This document shows positions 13,361 through 25,945 of a stretch of 64,000 bases of DNA, piece by piece. Below the pieces are notes generated by a model. It was not told the DNA's origin. It did no database searches and saw only the letters and a program-made list of their open reading frames with translations. Source of the DNA: Octopus sinensis (Eukaryota); the NCBI RefSeq assembly GCF_006345805.1, contig NC_043002.1, forward strand, positions 89,218,001 through 89,282,000. The letters are read 5' to 3'. Both the position numbers and the translations under genes were made by a program. Position 1 is the stretch's first letter. Every line of letters begins with the position of its first letter.

Positions 13361-15972
13361 ACTGCTGGATAAGAAAAAATGTGTAATTCACAAGACTCCT
13401 TAGCCTTGTTAAGAACATGGCAACATTAATAGTAGCAGTTGAGCTGGCAGTACTGTTAGTACGCTAGACAAAATGCTTAGTAGCATTTTGTCTCCACCAA
13501 AATCAGCTTTGCTTTCCATCCTTTCGGGGTCAATAAAGTAAGTATCAGTTGAAGACTGGAGTCAATGTAATCAACTTATTCCCTTCTCCAAAAATATCGA
13601 CCATGTTCCAAAGTTTGAAACCAATATTAATAGTGCTAGTGCCACAATAAAATGTACCCAGTGTATTTCATACATTAGTTAATCTTTAGAAAGGGCAGCC
13701 AGTTGTAGGAACAAAGCCTAAAATGAAACAAAACATATAAGATGTGGTCACCCAAGAGCAGTAAATTATAAATAAGAAATGACTTGGACCTTAACAACTC
13801 ATCCAACACATGCCACTATAGAAGGTGGATGTGAAACAATTATATATATATATATATAATCATATGTCCACTCGTTGATGTCAACATGGATTTAGACAGA
13901 CTTTATCATTTGCAATAGTTGGCATTATGAGGCATACACACACCGACAGAGAAATAAGACCAACTTTGTTGTTGCCTTATGTCCTAAAGTTTAGACAGAG
14001 TGCATTTCATCCTGCAATGTCGTTTATGCAGAATCCACAGCTAAATTATTATATATATATACACATACATACATACAGGAGTACAGGAGGTGATAGAAAA
14101 ACCCAGCTTCTATATATGGCTGAAGCAGGAAGACCAAAAATGGTCTGAAAGTCATAACATGCTGGCAGAAAATAACATCACTAGGTGAGACACTGAATTA
14201 GCTTCACTGATTGACAGGTGATGGTCATTTAGAAAATGCGTGGGCTAAGACTACGCGCCTTCATTGGTCAGTTAGAGTTGAGACAGTGTCACGTGACAAC
14301 CTGCTGGGGCTGCCTGCTGGAGCCTAGCAGCAGGTATTTAAAGGGAAAAAATTTTACAAGGCAGTCAGTTGCCTGCTGACACTCGTTGACGCTACACTCA
14401 TTGGCGAAGAGGCCAGGGAACAGAAGAAAGAAGAAGAAAGAAGACATGCACCCAACACCAGAGCTGAAGACACCTCCGAAGGGTGGGGGGCACCATGTCA
14501 AAACGGTAGAAGAATTGGGGCTGAAACCGGATGTGATTACTCCTAATGATGTCTTGAGCTAACTGGGTCCAATAAAGGAGCTGTTGTGGTAGCAGACCAC
14601 CAAACACAGTTGAAATTCCATACATACACACACAGATGCAAATAAACAAATAAAACCACTTGGGCTAGATATATAAAATAATTTCCAAGTCTAACAAACA
14701 CACCAGACATATTTCCACGGAGAACTGGAAACAAACTACTGTAGAGATGAACCTTTTGTTTATAAGGATTTGCCTAACATTTCAAGACTTATATGTCAGG
14801 TATTACATCATTTTAGTTTCCAAATCCACTCACAAGGCTTTAGTCAGCCTGGAGCCACAATAGATGCCATGCAACAGTACTGAACCCAAACCCACATGGT
14901 TAGCAAGTGAACCTCTTCACCTATACATAAACACACACACGCGTACAGTTTGCAAAGTTGTATGTAAAAATGATGATGATGATGTTTATATAAGGGAACC
15001 TGTGTGTGTCTATATGTGTGTGTGTGTGTGTATGTATATATATATATATATATACACTCACACACACAAACACATTCACTTGTGTATTTTATATAAGCAT
15101 ACATACACATATGTAAACAGCCAATGCTCACATGCAATCATCTATATAGACACTTACGTAGGTATATAGATACAAGTGTATATACAAATAAATAAATACA
15201 TATGTATATGCACATACATATACACACACATTTCTATATGCATAGACATATATTATACATATACACATAGTCATGAATATATACACACACATACACATTG
15301 CCACACTAAAGCAAGGTATAACTTTCACCTTTACATTTCACACCATACAAACACAGATATGTTTATGTGCAAATATATATAATTACATATAGGATACACA
15401 GATTCAGAACCATGTACAAACACAGATATGAACACAGAAGTTTATATGCATAGTCAGAACAAGAAGAACATCAGTTGAGGGTTGTTACCGAAGAGAATCC
15501 ATGCAAAATAACACAAAAGGTTACAGAAGAATACAAGTTTTACTTTCTTTTTTTATTTTTAAACTTTTTCCTCACATGAAAAGTTCAAAAAAGTTTGACA
15601 AATGTGTGCTGTACAAGCTGAACAAAAAATTTTTTTTTAAATTTAAATATCACAATAAGTTTGTTCTGCACTATTTTTGTACAATAAAAATGAATTCCTT
15701 ATGAGAAATGTTAGTATTCTGCACAGTGGCTAGACCAAGGTAAAGCACTAAAATATACTTTTCTACACTGAAGCTGCACCAAAAGAAGATTATTGTTATT
15801 GCCTGTTGGTTGTCACTATTACTTGAATCCTGGTAAAACCATCAACACAGCAAAAAGAAAAAAATGTTACAAGCAAATTAAAAATTGTACAAAGAACTGC
15901 AACATTTATATCCAGATTTGGTCCGAAAAGAATCAATTCTTCTCCATGACAGCATCCAACTACATGTCTTAA

Positions 15973-16194
15973 CCCTTTAGTGTTCGCATTATTCTGCCAA
16001 AATTAATGCTTCTTCATCTACATTGTTTTAAACTAATCATTCATTAATCTTGTAGCTATGAGATTTTGATGAGGTAGCTGTTAATTTTTAGGATGATATT
16101 GTAGGGTTGGTGTGAGAGACCAGATCTGGCCAGTTTGAACATAAAACAGGCAGAATACTTTAGGCCGGATATGGCTGGTTTAAATGCTAAAGGG
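15973..16194. mobile_element. piggyBac-type MITE (TTAA TSD, CCCTTTAG termini)
   Basis: TTAA|CCCTTTAG...CTAAAGGG|TTAA; related copies at 23911-24107, 44016-44222, 52921-53139 and about 59960-60150. Confidence 0.85.
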
Positions 16195-16278
16195 TTAAAG
16201 TGAATTATAAAACAGCTTACTCTCCAACTGACTACCATTTTATCAAGCATCTCAATATAAATGGTCTTTAACACCCAA

Positions 16279-16420
16279 GCAGAAGCTCAAAATGCTCTCA
16301 AAAAATTTATCAGTTCCATAAATCCAGAATTCTATGTTATTGGAATATAATTATTCCAATAACATAGAATTCTGGATTTATGGAACTGATAAATTTTTTG
16401 AGAGCATTTTAAGTTTCTGC
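16279..16420. repeat. Near-perfect long palindrome (hairpin)
   Basis: Perfect 59-bp arms 16289-16347 and 16352-16410 with a 4-nt loop; extends to about 69 bp with 2 mismatches. Confidence 0.92.
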
Positions 16421-16517
16421 ATATCGAAAAAAAACTGTTATGTGATTCCTCTCAACAGTTGGAGTAACATATCTGCTCAAACAACCCACATACCCACCCA
16501 CACACAAATACACATTT

Positions 16518-16923
16518 GGATCTTTTCAGTTTGAACGGCAGTTTTTATCATAATTTCTAGATAACTAAAAAATGTTAAACTTCGTATACTGGTAGAATGT
16601 GTTTATAAAACATCTTTTTCTCTTGGCTTTATTGAGAAAATTCTATAGTTTGTAAGATATTTGTTGTTTTTTTTCTTCAATTTCTGCAATTTCAACCAAT
16701 CAATTACGTCTATTGAGGTAAAAAATCATTCTGTGCCATATGAATATGTCCCTCGTTTAAGAAACAGATTGGGTTTATTTACATTTGTGAAGAAAAAAAG
16801 ATACCCTTCCCCCCACCCCTAAAACAGATAGAAATGCAATAGATCGATACTAGGGTCATAATTATGGGTGACAATTTCATATGACATTGCTAGAAAAGAC
16901 TGCCATTCAAACCGAAAAGATCC
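16518..16923. mobile_element. About 405-bp MITE, TIR GGATCTTTTCRGTTTGAACGGCAG
   Basis: Terminal inverted repeats of about 24 bp; highly similar copies at 54311-54715 and 55500-55907. Confidence 0.85.
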
Positions 16924-18289
16924 AATCGATTTGCTCAATGCTTCTAATAACCAATGACTCCTTTCATTGTAACTGAATTCAAGTCCAACTTGTTGTTTAT
17001 CTCCAGATCAACCTCAACTGAGTGAACCTATGATGAAAGATATTCCAGTTTTGACTATCCTGTCTTATTTTTTCAGAGTGTCTAAAACTACATTATTCAA
17101 CACACCATTAATTTTAATTTTTAGATGGTAGGATATAAGTTGGTGATGTGGCTGCTATTTCTACCAGGTCAAACTTACTAGAAAGATTCTGATGTTCTGT
17201 AAAAAGAATGACTGACAGACACAAAACTGCTAGAATGAACATTCAAGTGTTTTCAATGAATAATAAACTATTTTTCTGTTTCAGTGATCATTTCACAATA
17301 TTTATCTAAATCAAATAAAATGTTTTTTTTAAATACAATACAGTCTACAATGCCAAAAGTGGGACAGCAGACGCCTTTAAATTCTTTAACTCATGTAGCA
17401 CAAGTAAAGTAGAGGTAATATGAGATATTTTTCTTAAGGCGCAACTATTTTACATTACCAATCACATTTAATTTTAGAACTGATTTGCTAACTCTATTTC
17501 AATTTTTTGGGGGGCTTAGTAAGAGGAGGAAGGGAAATGCCCATAACTCTTTTTAGGGTCACTGATACAGGTGGGAAAGAAAGGGAGGAAGTTATCCACA
17601 ATGTAGTTAAACAGAAAAAGAATTGGGAATTTAGCTAAGATTCCACTGGAAAGAGGTGCAGCAGCAAAGATGTTGTCTAAAGATTATAGATCAGTGAGTT
17701 TTAGAATTATATAATTTCAAAGAAACTCATGATACTGACTTAAACAAAATTATGTGTATGAGTGGATAAGCATGCACACATTATCAGTGGTTTGTATACT
17801 GTTATTGTGCCTGTTAACAAGACACTTAACACTTGAGCCATCCACTACATTCACTAAACAGGTAAAGAATAGGAACAATTTGCCCCTATAAGCACCAGCA
17901 GTACTGTAAAATAAGTTTCGTGACATGTTATATTGGGTTTCACTTACTTGAGAAGTCCTACGACATCCTATCCAAGATGAGATTTATTTCTCATCCACTG
18001 AAGGTCTTAAAAACTGAAGATAACCTCCTGTCATCAGAACTACATAAGCCCAAGGACAGCCATTCTGGTTCAAGGCACCAGTATTTTACACATTTATTTT
18101 TAAAATCAGTTTGATAAATGAAATATACAGTACTGTTCTAACAAACATAGATTCATCTGGCTTCATTACTTTAATATACTAGTTGTTTTAATAACAATAA
18201 AAAAAATGATTACTGACTTCTGCAATTCAGTTTGAATAATACCACCAGAAAAATCAAATACACCAACTAAATTTTTAAGAGTTACTCAC

Positions 18290-18459
18290 TTTGGCCATTG
18301 CTTTTCTTTGCTTGTCAGTGGAACATAAATTACTCCCATGTGATTTTTCTTTGTTACTGATCCATCTTCATTTTTATCAATTTGCTGAAGCATTTGGTTC
18401 TCTCCCTGACCTCCAACAGGAATTACCATACGTCCACCAGGTTTCAACTGTTCAACTAA
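18290..18459 (-). CDS. PCMT1: PCMT1 coding exon 5
   Basis: 170 nt, [56 protein letters not shown] plus AA; TTTCAG acceptor and GTGAGT donor. Read-through into the intron gives AAG TGA (K-stop). Confidence 0.93.
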
Positions 18460-19826
18460 CTGAAATTATGAAAATGAAAACAGGTAAATGAAAGTTCGGT
18501 TATTAGTCTACATATATATATAAAAAATAAGTATAACAATTTATTAATTATTTGATACAGTATTCCTCACAAACTAGAATAAGATTAAATTAAAGCGATG
18601 GCTGCATTTGATGACGTTTCTACACATGATACTAAAATAGATTAATTTATGTTTGTTAACAGTAAATACTAACTTTCAGACAAAAATTCTAAATATCAGT
18701 TCTGGAATTTAACCAAATATTTTTACAAAATATTTCAAGACTGTCATTATTTAGGTATATAAACATTATTTCAACTTTAAAAGATTAAAACCAATAATTT
18801 TCTAAATGAGAATCAAAACATTAGTAACCATGAATTCTATCCTGATATGACACTGGGAATACAATTACTTAGGATATTCAGTCACAACATTTTCTTATTC
18901 TACAGCAAGAACCCTAACCACCAAACATGGTTTATGGTTAGGGTATTCGGCTCACAATTGCAAGGTCATGAGTTCAATACCTAGCAGTGCATTGTGTCCT
19001 TGAGTAAGGCAATTTATTTCACGTTGCTCCGGTCCACTAGAAATAGTAAAAATGAGTATACCTATATTTCAAAGGACCGGCCTTGGCACATCCTACATCA
19101 TGTTGAATCTCCCTGAAAACTATGTTATGGGTACATGTGGAGTGAAATTCTAGATATATAGATATGTCCATCTTGTTGCTTCTTACTTTGAGGGCTCAAG
19201 GAGCTGGAGAACACCCAAAGACTAAAGTTGATGGCTATGATAAACACAGCTGGTTGTTGTCTAACTCCTGAAGCATTAAGTACAATAAAATAGGGACAAT
19301 CATGGATGTAGAAACTAAACTTTCTTTAATGATAAATAGTTGATTAATTTTACTTCATTTCCTCAATAGAAGTAGCAGTTAATTCATTTTATTTAATTTC
19401 TTCAATAGAAATATGACATAGGGCAGAAAAGGGCTTTTAGTCTAACAATATATGATTAAAGAAATACTATGCTAGTTTGTAGTGCTGAATCCATGCCTTT
19501 ATATGAGCATGGACAATGTAAGAGAAACCTGTATTCCCTAAGAAATGAGAAACCAATATTATAAAACATTTGAAAGCTATTTGAATTATATTTTTCTTTT
19601 TTTTTTTACTTCTTCTTCAAGACAGAATGATTAAGGAAAAAGTGTTAGATAATTATATGAAATTTACAATAGAATTGAACAACAAATAAATGCTTACATT
19701 TTAATGTGAATATTGAAAACATGAGTCTCCTATGTTTAATCCACTGTCATATTTGTACATTTAATTTTGCTTCAAAATGGAAATAAATATTAAGACAAAG
19801 TAAGAGAAATAAACAGAAATTCTTAC

Positions 19827-20039
19827 AGAATCTGGCAAAACTGCAGCTGCAGCTCCAACATGGATAGCATCAAAGGGAGCATCTGGTTTGTATCCTAATC
19901 TTCCATCACCAACAACTAATTTCATCTGACCCTTATCTAGTAAGAATCCAAGTCGCTGTTTTTTCTTTACATTGTCAATTGAGGACTGCACCAACTTGTC
20001 TATATGATCGATTCCAACAGCCAAACCAGTTTCCCCAAC
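19827..20039 (-). CDS. PCMT1: PCMT1 coding exon 4
   Basis: 213 nt, VGETGLAVGIDHI...VVGDGRLGYKPDAPFDAIHVGAAAAVLPDS; pyrimidine-rich CAG acceptor and GTAAG donor. Confidence 0.95.
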
Positions 20040-21228
20040 CTGAAAAAAAAAATTGAAGAAAAAATATAATACAAAAATTAGGTGGAATTCTGGTTTAAGC
20101 ACCCTATACATCCCTTCATAATTTTTTTATTTTTTGGGAATTTCAGAAATTTTTTTGCACACGAATGTTCTACACACAGGTATTCATATAACTATGTAAA
20201 AATAAATTTGTGTGTGCGTGTGATTTAAGATAAAAGACACTTGCCCAAGATGCCACACAGTGAGATTGAACCAGAAACCACATGGTTCAAAATAAAATCC
20301 TTAAACACACAGCCATACCTGATCAAGAACTAAACTCTGTAATTGTAGTCTCTACTGACTGAGGAATAAAACAGGCCAAGATTATACTGGTATTGTTACT
20401 AATACTTAACAGAGAGTATCTTAATGCATTTACTACAAGACGTCACCATTTTAAAATGATATCAATGCTTTTACAATAAGTCTTATATTAAGATTTCTAT
20501 TGCTCAGTCAGTGATCATATACAAAGACAAAATAGACCAGTATTTAGATTAGGGAAATCAAAGGATTTGTTTAAATAACACGAACAAGATGCTATATCTT
20601 ACAGTGGAGATGACTAAAGACTGAGCTGGCTGGCAACATACACTGCTGAAAAGTCCCTGTTAACCTATGCAAGCAAGTATGGTGAAACAGGAGATAAAAG
20701 CTTAAAAGCATTAAAAACTGGCAAAAATGATGAAGACTAAGAGTCACCTGCATCTGAATCTGTAGTCCAATAATCCCAGCTAAATAAATATCTGCAGGTC
20801 TCACTACCTCACGATACTCTCTAATTCTCATTTCACTAATACCCCACCCCACATCTAACCACTGTACTATGCTGTTAATGTAAATAAATTGGTATGTTCT
20901 CACTCTATCATTTTCTCATCCCATCACTCTGTTTCTACAGTCAGACCCATTACCCCACCAACCCATTACAATTTCTACCTTCATGCTTTTGTCCCCTCCA
21001 ACTACCCATCCTGTCTCCTCTTCTGTAATTAATTTCTTTAGTATTGGTCTATACTTTGAGCAAATGAGCATTTGATAGAGTTGTGGGAATTCTAAATACG
21101 CTCTAAGACTTTACAGTCTTAAAAGGTAGAAGATAACTTCTTTAGTGTTGATACCACAATGAAATTCACCCAGAATCCATCTAGCAGAGTCAGAGGACCA
21201 CATCAGCTCCAAAGATGAGCTGACCTAT

Positions 21229-21760
21229 CATCGTTTAACGTTTGCTTTCCATGCTAGCATGGGTTGGACGATTTTGACTGAGGGCTGGCAGCCAGATGGC
21301 TGCACCAGGCTCTAATCTTGATCTGGCAGAGTTTCTACAGCTGGATGCCCTTCCTAATGCCAACCACTCCGAGAGTGTAGTGGGTGTTTTTTATGTGCCA
21401 CCGGCATGGGGGCCAGTCAGGCGATACTGGCAATGACCTCGCACGAATCTTCTTACACGTGCCAGTGAAGCGACGTTGGTAATGATCAAGCTTAAATGGT
21501 GCCCTTGTACATGCCATGGGTACGGAAGCCAGTTGGCTGCTCTGGCAACGATCACGCTCGGATGGTGCTCTTGGCACCCTACTAGCACAGGCATAAGTCC
21601 CAGTAAGGCGATGCTGGTAACGAATAGCCGCTCTATCAACGATCACACTCGTATGGTGCTCTTTGCACCCTGCTAGCACAGATGTCAGTCATCGAATTGA
21701 TTTTGATTTCACTTGCCTCAACAGGTCTTTGCAAGCAGAGTTTAGTGACCAAAGAAGGAA
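21229..21760 (-). mobile_element. Retroposon with (GAT)n tail (RTE-LINE-like 3' end)
   Basis: Shared 3' end ...TAGGAAGGGCATCCAGCTGTAGAAA...CCAACCCATGCTAGCATGGAAAG...GTTAAACGATGATGA; copies at about 1050-1200, 27590-27867, 51040-51295, 58008-58390 and 59220-59390. Confidence 0.75.
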
Positions 21761-21988
21761 AAGGTACAAAACCCAATTGATCATGAACAGTACTTTACAA
21801 GATATATAAATTTTGGCAATAAAATAATGTTTCTTGTTAATTGTAAGACATACTGCTGTTTAATTTGCATTATGGTGCTTAGTAAATATGAATTAAGCTT
21901 TCCATTTTATTCCACTAAATACATTATCCAAAGACAGTTTGAAAAACATAATCCCTATAAAAACTGTTAAATATTTTCTTTTACTCAC

Positions 21989-22093
21989 CATCAATGCCAT
22001 ACATGCAGTAAGATATCCACTTCCAGAGCCAACATCAAGAGCACGGTTTCCATCAACTAAGTGATTTTTTAACAACTCCAATGCATATGCATG
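21989..22093 (-). CDS. PCMT1: PCMT1 coding exon 3 (SAM-binding motif I)
   Basis: 105 nt, HAYALELLKNHLVDGNRALDVGSGSGYLTACMALM; AG acceptor and GTGAGT donor. Confidence 0.95.
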
Positions 22094-22184
22094 CTAAAAA
22101 TAAAGAAATTAAATTCAAAATGAGCAATTTAGAAATCAGTAAAATGATATTTTCCTTTTTTACATTTTAAAATGCAGAACTTAC

Positions 22185-22321
22185 CATATGCGGTGCACTT
22201 ATTGTAACAGCATATCCAATACTCTGTGGAGAATCAGCATAAGGGTTACGCTGACAGAAGTCGCCACGATCAACTGCTTTCATTGTGTCACGAACTTTCT
22301 CTGATTTGATTATACCATTTT
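22185..22321 (-). CDS. PCMT1: PCMT1 coding exon 2
   Basis: AG acceptor, 137 nt, (Q)[51 protein letters not shown] donor; the PYxDSPQSIG-TISAPHM motif is diagnostic of PIMT. Confidence 0.95.
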
Positions 22322-22650
22322 CTACAAAAAATATTTGGAATATTCATAAGCATAGATGAATAGCATTAGAATTAATAAGTTTGGTCTCAAATATATGGTC
22401 AGGAATGTTAGGTAATGACAAAAAATATATAATCATTTTATAGGCACAGGCATAACTGTGTAGTAAGAAGTTTGCTTCCCAACCACATGGTTCTGGGTTC
22501 AGTCTCACTGCATGGCACCTTGTGAGTGGATTTGGTAGACAGAAACTGAAAGAAGCCATCATATATATATATATATAAATAGACAAGAGCATTATTACTG
22601 TTAAAAACAGTAATAATGAGGTGGCTAGCAAAACTTCTACCTAAGTAGGT

Positions 22651-22840
22651 ATAATATGAAATATTTGAATAAAAGAAGGGTAAAAATACTGCTTCCCAAA
22701 GATGAAAGTGAAAGCTTCAAAAACCAACAATACTACAATAAATATGTATTTATTGTAGGATTGGTGGTTTTTGAAGCTTTCGCTTTCATCTTTGGCAAGC
22801 AGTATTTTTACCCTTCTTTTATTCAAATATTTTATATATA
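22651..22840. repeat. Near-perfect long palindrome inside a split SINE
   Basis: About 87-bp arms centred on 22745/22746, with 4 mismatches seen; explains the near-identical ORFs on both strands in the track. Confidence 0.92.
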
Positions 22841-25444
22841 TAAATGTATGTATGTAGGTGTGTGTGTGTGTGTGTGTCTTTGTGTTTGTCCCCCACCATC
22901 ACTTGACAACCGATGTTGGTGTGTTTAATCCCTGTAACTTAGTGGTTTGGCAAAAGAGACTGGCAGAATAAGTATTAAGCTTACAAAGATTAAGTTCTGG
23001 GGTCGATTTCTTCAACTAAAACCCTTTAAGGCAGTGCCCCAGCATGGCCACAGTCAAATGACTGAAACAAGTAAAAGAATAATTACAAGTGGTTGAAATA
23101 GGGTTCCTCTGAAGGACTTCCAGAGTAATGTTACTTAACAGGGTGGGGGGGTAAGCTCAGAGATATGGGAGTCTCTCTAGGCAAGGACACCACTACTCTG
23201 CATTGAGAGGTCACAGCTCTAGTACAATGGGCATATGATTAGAATGTTAGAGGAAAGAATCACAAGATAGATTCTTCAGGCTGAGCCAAGCAGCAGGAGA
23301 CATAGAGATAGATCAAGTATGGGATGGTTGAATAATATCCATAATTTCAGTTGATCACACTTGGGAATCCAACTGGAAATTGTAATAATGGTTGCTTCTG
23401 AAAGGACTCTATGGAGGAAGTGGTACGAGGACTTAACCTACAACAACCTTTCAGGAATAATAGGTGGAAAAAATGGATGAATAAATTGATTACATAATTT
23501 AGATAGAGGAGATATATAACAAGAGCTGAATATAATAAAAAAGGTGGACATTTAATAATTGAAGGAATCAAGAATTCTAGCCGAAAAAAAAAAGACTATA
23601 ACATTATGAGTATTTGATGAAAACTGACAGTATTTTTGACAAGAGAAGAAAAAATATCTGAAAACACTGCAAATTATAGAAGATAGAACTATTTCAAAAT
23701 AAATTAAAAGGAAAATTAGATAGCAATAGGCCTTCAAATTACCCATTTTATACACCTCTTGTGGTTAACTTACTAGTTTAACTCAATTTTGAAGAGACAA
23801 ATTCAAATTACTAAAATGTTGCTTTTAAGAATTATTCTTACTTTTCAATATATTAAGGATATTTTTCTTTTTGAAAAGGAAACTTTTTTTTTTAAATTGG
23901 AATTGGTTAATCCTTTAACATTCAGATTACTCTTTTAAATGTAATGTTTATTTATTCACATTGTTTTGAATTAATCATGCATTATTTTGTAGCTTTAAGA
24001 TTTCAATGATGTTTTTAGTGTAGGTCTAAGTAGCCTGATTTGGTTAGTTTGAATATAAAACAGGTAGAATATTTGGAAATGATATGGCCAGTTTGAATGT
24101 TAAAGGGCCAATATACATTTAACATAAGGTGCAGGTTTATTTTTCTTAATCATAACTAAAAGAATTATATCAAAAATTAAGAATATACCACAAATACATT
24201 AGTCACGTGACCAATACTTAACTAGACTTCTTGTTTCAATGACAATAACCACTTCTCTTATCATTTTAGCCACATACTTTCCTTGACAGAATCCACTGAA
24301 AAATGTATAACCTTTAATTTGTGATTGCTTGGAACAAATAACAGCAAGCATCAATATAAGGTTAATTGATAAGACAAATGTTGTTTTTTTTTAAATGTCA
24401 AATGCAAGCTGAACAGTATATATTAGTTGTAATGTAACAGTATCATTCAACCACAGTAGTGGTTGAATATATTCTGAAGTCCACCATTTCGTCAATCGCA
24501 GCAGCTTCCAAGCTTCACCAACTCAATTGCAAACTGTTAATAGTTTTAAAGAAGACACCTCCTCATCTATACTTTGGCATAAATAGTTTGAGATTTGGTT
24601 CAGTAGAAAAAACGTTACATCAAAATATGTCAGACCTCAAGTGGGCAGTAAGGAAGATATTCATCTTCAATTAACAAAAAGTTTTTAATTTTAAATTAAA
24701 AGTATACCTTTCTTAGGCTTAAATGATAGAAAAATGCATTAGGAATTCAGAATTGTAAGTAGCAATAAACAAAAATTAGTAGAAAAGCAGTTATGAGGTA
24801 AAATGTTATGAAATTTTATGTCAGTAAGTAAAGAAATAAGAAGTAATGTTTTAGCAATAAGAATAAAGAATATATTTCTAAAATGAATGTTTACTTTCTA
24901 AGGCGGCGAACTGGCAGAAACGTTAGGGTACCAGGCGAAATGTTTAGTGGTATTTCATCTGTCTTTACATTTTCAGTTCAAATTTCGCTGGGGTCAACTG
25001 ATGTACAAATTATTTAATTAATTTTTTTTTTTAACTAAACACTTTCAAACTTCCAATACTGGTAGAATGTATCACATAGAACAAGGTTTACTCTTAATGC
25101 TTTTTGACAAAATTTTGTATTTTAGAAGTGGTATTTTATCATCTGTCTTTAGGTTCTGAGTTCAAATTCCGCCAAGTTTGACTTGCCTTTCATCCATTTC
25201 TGATCTATTCAATTAGACGTACAGATTATTTAATCTATCTTTTTTTAACTAAACACTTTCAAACTTCCGATACTGGAAGAATGTGTCATATAGAACAGGG
25301 CTTACTTTTAATGTTTTTGACAAAATTTTGTATTTTAGAAGTTATTTCATCAGAAGTTACAGAGTGACAATGGCCAAATTCATGTTTGACAAGTGCCAAT
25401 ACATAAAACTCTCAGCTTTTGACTTACTCTCTAATTTCTGCCGA

Positions 25445-25478
<34 letters not shown>

Positions 25479-25945
25479 CATATATGTGTAAAAAAATTTC
25501 ATTACACAATCGAACCAATGAAAGAGCCTCTACCTGGTCATTCAACATGCTAAAAATAGAAGCCAAAGTATCCCCCTACCTAAATCACACACCCATTGTA
25601 TGTAATGTCCTAGATTATCCCTAGAAAGATGGTTTGCTGAAGGCTGGAATGTCTTTGATGACAGGTTTGCAATATCAGGGTTGAGGCTAAATAACAACAT
25701 TATGGTAAATTTCTATATTAACACCTGCACAATTTTCACTAAGAAAAAAAAAAGAAAACAAAAAATTTGATTTTTTGCATGGAATCAAGTACCCTGACCT
25801 CCTAATATGCTGCAAGTCCCTTATTTTGGTTCAGAAAAAATGAGGCGAGGGGGTCCCCACTCCCCAATCTTGGAATCATTAAAAATTTTTTCGTTGAATG
25901 AATTCCTGTGACCTCCTAATATTGCAACGCCTGGAAAAATCATGG

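Noticed and set aside
15780-15960. Possible PCMT1 terminal exon encoding an ER-retention-like tail (GAAGAATTG)
   Set aside because: No good acceptor (it abuts a MITE), and the frame gives no (K/R)DEL-stop.
22641-22928. Two near-identical ORFs on opposite strands
   Set aside because: An artefact of the DNA palindrome; no coding signal.
24202-24211. GTCACGTGAC (CLEAR/USF) palindrome in PCMT1 intron 1
   Set aside because: A single short motif with no supporting context.
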